Source: an uncultured Gemmatimonadaceae bacterium
GTDB taxonomy: Bacteria; Gemmatimonadota; Gemmatimonadetes; Gemmatimonadales; Gemmatimonadaceae
Assembly (NCBI GenBank): GCA_963740355.1
Contig: CAVUDW010000002.1
Coordinates: 544,001-608,000, forward strand
Reading direction: 5' to 3'
Length of the DNA: 64,000 bases
The position numbers and the translations under genes were made by a program. Every line of letters begins with the position of its first letter. The stretch's first letter is position 1. The notes under the pieces were generated by a model. That model was given only the letters and a program-made list of their open reading frames with translations, was not told the DNA's origin and searched no databases. Positions 57,971 through 64,000 of this stretch are shown here, one piece after another.

Positions 57971-59140
57971 CTATTTGAGGACGATTTTCGCGATCGTGTT
58001 CAACTGCATGTTCGACGTTCCTTCGTAGATCGCGCCGATCTTGGCGTCGCGATAGAACTTCTCGGCCGGGTAGTCCTTCACATACCCGTAGCCGCCGAAA
58101 AGTTCGAGTGAGACACTCGTGACACGCTCCGCCACTTGGCTCGAAAAGAGCTTGGCCATCGCGCCTTCGCGCTGGATATCGTGGCCCGCGTCCTTGAGGC
58201 GCGCTGCATTGTAGACCATGAGTCGGGCCGCCTCGAGCTCCGTCGCCGCTTGTGCCACCTGGAACTGGATGCCCTGGAATTCGCTCAACGGCTTGCCGAA
58301 CTGCGTGCGCTCCTTGAGGTAGGCGCAGGCCGCCTGCAAGGCGCCGCCGGCCACGCCGATCATCTGTGCGCCGATGCCGATACGACCACCATTCAGCGTG
58401 TCGATGGCGATCTTGTAACCCTGGCCGATCGGGCCAAGGACGTTCGCGTCCGGAACCTCGACACCCTCGAGGATCAACTCGCAGGTGCTCGAGGCACGGA
58501 TGCCCAGCTTGTCTTCCTTCTTGCCCACCGAGAAGCCCGGGAACGACTTCTCGACGATGAACGCCGTGATCCCGCGATAGCCCTTCTCGAAGTCCGTGTT
58601 GGCGAAGACCACGAAGATCTCGGCGTCGGCACCGTTGGTGATCCACAGCTTCTGGCCAGTGAGTTTCCACCCCGTGGCCGTCTTCTCCGCCTTGGTGCGC
58701 AGCGCGAAGGCGTCGGACCCCGAGGACGCTTCCGAGAGGGCGTAGGCGCCGATCGTGTCCGTCGTCAGGCGCGTCAGGTATCGCGCATGCTGGTCGGCGT
58801 TGCCATAGGCGTGAATCGGGTAGTTCACGAGCGTGTTCTGCACGTCGACCATGATCGCGGCGGCCGGGTCGACCTTGCTGATCTCTTCCACCGCGAGGGC
58901 GATCATCATCGCGGTCCCGCCGGCACCACCAGCCGATTCCGGGAGCTCGATGCCCATCAGGCCCATCTCGAAGTACTTCCGGATGATGTCGGGGTCGATC
59001 TTGCCGGCGGCTTCCATGGCCCGAACCCGAGGGGCGACATCCTCCGCCGCGAAGGCGGCGACCGCGTCGCGGAACATGATCTCGTCTTCGGAGAGCAGGG
59101 TGAGGGGCGGGCGGGCGGTCGAGCTATCGGTCATCGACAT
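57971..59140 (-). CDS. Acyl-CoA dehydrogenase (short/branched-chain type)
   Basis: ALSEASSGSDA, KLWITNG, KLGIRASST, GRIGIGAQ, RDAKIGAIYEGTSN. Confidence 0.95.
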   Translation of the reverse strand: MSMTDSSTARPPLTLLSEDEIMFRDAVAAFAAEDVAPRVRAMEAAGKIDPDIIRKYFEMGLMGIELPESAGGAGGTAMMIALAVEEISKVDPAAAIMVDVQNTLVNYPIHAYGNADQHARYLTRLTTDTIGAYALSEASSGSDAFALRTKAEKTATGWKLTGQKLWITNGADAEIFVVFANTDFEKGYRGITAFIVEKSFPGFSVGKKEDKLGIRASSTCELILEGVEVPDANVLGPIGQGYKIAIDTLNGGRIGIGAQMIGVAGGALQAACAYLKERTQFGKPLSEFQGIQFQVAQAATELEAARLMVYNAARLKDAGHDIQREGAMAKLFSSQVAERVTSVSLELFGGYGYVKDYPAEKFYRDAKIGAIYEGTSNMQLNTIAKIVLK

Positions 59141-59297
59141 GTATGAAATCCGTCTGGACGGCTGGTCGGGTGAGTGCGTGGGAATCTGCCAAAGATCGCA
59201 CATCGTCCGACGAGGTGGCTCCCCCGGCGTCACCGGTGTCGTGCACGCCGCGTTTTCGTGGGTTCGTCGTCGGGGTTTGCCGTCGAAGCCCCTGCCG

Positions 59298-59325
59298 TTG
59301 ACATATAAGCATAGCTTTATATGCT
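59298..59325 (+). promoter_or_regulatory. Sigma-70 promoter overlapped by a SahR-type operator
   Basis: TTGACA-N16-TATGCT with the near-palindrome CATATAAG-CATAG-CTTTATATG at 59302-59323. Confidence 0.75.
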
Positions 59326-59331
59326 TCAGGC

Positions 59332-60321
59332 ATGGCTGCAACTCCGCTCCGAACCGCTGCGCAGGACGCCGAGAGCTCTGGCGCATCCTACCGGTCTCTG
59401 CTGGATGCCCTTCGGGCGGCGGCGGAACCCACCCGGCTGCGATTGCTCGGCATCCTCGCCCAATGCGAGCTGACCGTCACCGAGATCACACAAGTGCTCG
59501 GCCAGAGCCAGCCGAGGGTGTCGCGACACCTGCGCCTGATGTGTGAAGCCGGATTGCTCGACCGCGTTCCCGAGGGCAGCTGGGTCTTCTACCGGCTCGC
59601 TGATGACCGGATCGCCCAGACCTTCGTCGGCTTGCTTGGCAGCGACGACCCGACGCTGGCCGATGATCGGGAGCGACTCGCCGCCGTACAGCGGGCGCGC
59701 CAGGAAGCGGCTGACAGCTACTTCGAGCAGCACGCACACGAGTGGAACGACATCCGATCGTTGCATGTGCCGGAAGAAGAGGTCGAGCTGGCGCTGCAGT
59801 CACTGCTCGGCGACGAGCCGGTCGGCGACCTGCTCGACATCGGCACCGGCACCGGGCGCATCCTCACCCTACTCGCGCCGCGCGCCACGCGGGCGATCGG
59901 AATCGACCGCTCGCACGAGATGTTGGCCTTTGCCCGTGCCGCGCTCGCGTCGGCCGAATACCGCCATGTGCAGCTGCGTCACGGCGACATGTATCACCTC
60001 GCGTTCTCGGCCCGCAGCATGGACCTCGTGGTGCTGCATCAGGTGCTGCACTTCGCCGATGACCCTGTGGCAGTGATGCGCGAAGTGGCGCGCGTCCTTC
60101 GCCCCGGTGGCCGATTGCTCCTCGTCGATTTTGCACCGCACGGCGAAGAATCCCTGCGTGAAACCCAGGCGCATCGTCGCCTCGGTTTTTCCAACGACGA
60201 TGTCGCCCACTGGTGCGCCATGGCCGGCCTGCGGGCGAAAGAAGCCGCTCGCCTGCATGGCGATCCGCTGACCGTGGTCATCTGGGACTGTTCACTTCCT
60301 CACCCGACGGTATCTGCATGA
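59332..60321 (+). CDS. sahR: ArsR HTH + SAM-methyltransferase-fold regulator (SahR family)
   Basis: EPTRLRLL, SQPRVSRHLR, EGSWVFYRL, LDIGTGTG; first gene of the metF-metH operon. Confidence 0.88.
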   Translation: MAATPLRTAAQDAESSGASYRSLLDALRAAAEPTRLRLLGILAQCELTVTEITQVLGQSQPRVSRHLRLMCEAGLLDRVPEGSWVFYRLADDRIAQTFVGLLGSDDPTLADDRERLAAVQRARQEAADSYFEQHAHEWNDIRSLHVPEEEVELALQSLLGDEPVGDLLDIGTGTGRILTLLAPRATRAIGIDRSHEMLAFARAALASAEYRHVQLRHGDMYHLAFSARSMDLVVLHQVLHFADDPVAVMREVARVLRPGGRLLLVDFAPHGEESLRETQAHRRLGFSNDDVAHWCAMAGLRAKEAARLHGDPLTVVIWDCSLPHPTVSA

Positions 60322-61219
60322 GTCCCTCGATTCTCAACCGGCCAAGCGACAGTCGCTTCGGCGTGTCGTTCGAGTTCTTCCCGCCGAAGACCGAGGAGAT
60401 GGAAGCGCAGCTGTGGCGTGCCATCGAGCGATTGGCGCCCTTGTCACCCAACTTCGTGTCGGTCACGTACGGTGCTGGCGGTTCGACGCGTGAGCGCACG
60501 CATGCGACCGTGCGGCGCATCCTGACCGAGACATCGTTGCGTCCAGCGGCGCACCTGACCTGCGTCTCCGCCACGCAGGATGAGATCCTCGAGGTGGCGC
60601 GGGAATACTGGAACACCGGTGTGCGGCACCTGGTCGCGCTCCGGGGCGATCCGGCCAGCGGCATCGGCACCACCTACGAACCGCATCCCGGTGGGTTCGC
60701 CTATGCGTCCGACCTCGTGACCGGGCTGCGCAAGGCCTTCGATTTCGAACTCAGCGTCAGCGCGTATCCCGAGACGCATCCGACGGCTGGCTCGATGGCG
60801 GCGGAGATCGACAATCTGAAGCGAAAGATCGACGCCGGCGCCACACGCGCCATCACGCAGTTCTTCTTCGACAACTCCATCTACCTGCGCTACCGCGACC
60901 GTGCCCGTGCGGCAGGGATCGAGGTGCCGATCGTTCCCGGCATCATGCCGGTCACGAACTTCGCGCAGACGCGCAAGTTCTCGGCGATGGCCGGCGCGTC
61001 AGTGCCTGATTCGATGGCCCGCCACTTCGATGGCCTCGAAGAGGATGCCGATACACGCAAGCTGGTGGCCGCCACTCTCGCTGCGGAGCAGTGCACGAAG
61101 CTCGCGGACGAGGGAGTGGAGGACTTCCACTTCTACACACTCAATCGCGCCGATCTGGCGTACGCCATCTGTCACATCCTCGGGTTGCGCGCGACGCGTG
61201 AACCGGCACAGGTCACCGC

Positions 61220-61223
<4 letters not shown>
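60318..61223 (+). CDS. metF: 5,10-methylenetetrahydrofolate reductase
   Basis: [39 protein letters not shown]. Confidence 0.96.

Positions 61224-64000
<2,777 letters not shown>

Noticed and set aside
59141..59297. SAM/SAH or cobalamin riboswitch upstream of the met operon
   Set aside because: No recognisable consensus, and the promoter lies directly against the start codon, leaving no leader.

Overview
High-GC bacterial chromosome segment. Gene content suggests Gemmatimonadota, but this is inference only. Bases 1-6300 form a visibly more AT-rich, all minus-strand accessory island. It holds a GHKL ATPase fused to a PD-(D/E)xK-like nuclease, a decayed IS5/IS1182-type element abutting that gene's stop codon, a 2TM+GAF-like protein coupled to a 74-aa ORF, and a second divergent GHKL ATPase that is missing from the ORF track and runs off the left edge. 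Next comes an unusually complete cyanophycin cluster: iadA <- -> cphB, cphA, a CphA paralog lacking the ATP-grasp domain, and a cNMP-domain/aspartase fusion. The remainder is mostly housekeeping: vapBC, a caa3-type oxidase operon, dacB, kup, an ECF sigma operon, cyclophilin, nth, a noncanonical PolX-PHP, peptidases with an OPT transporter, a tailed HU, a MoxR/DUF58 cluster, a PEP-CTERM protease, and sahR-metF-metH (metH runs off the right edge). Several intergenic regions carry a family of GCGGAG-periodic, GTCCACAC-ended MITE/REPIN-like repeats. No rRNA, tRNA or CRISPR array was seen. All family assignments come from motif recognition by eye; no searches were run.
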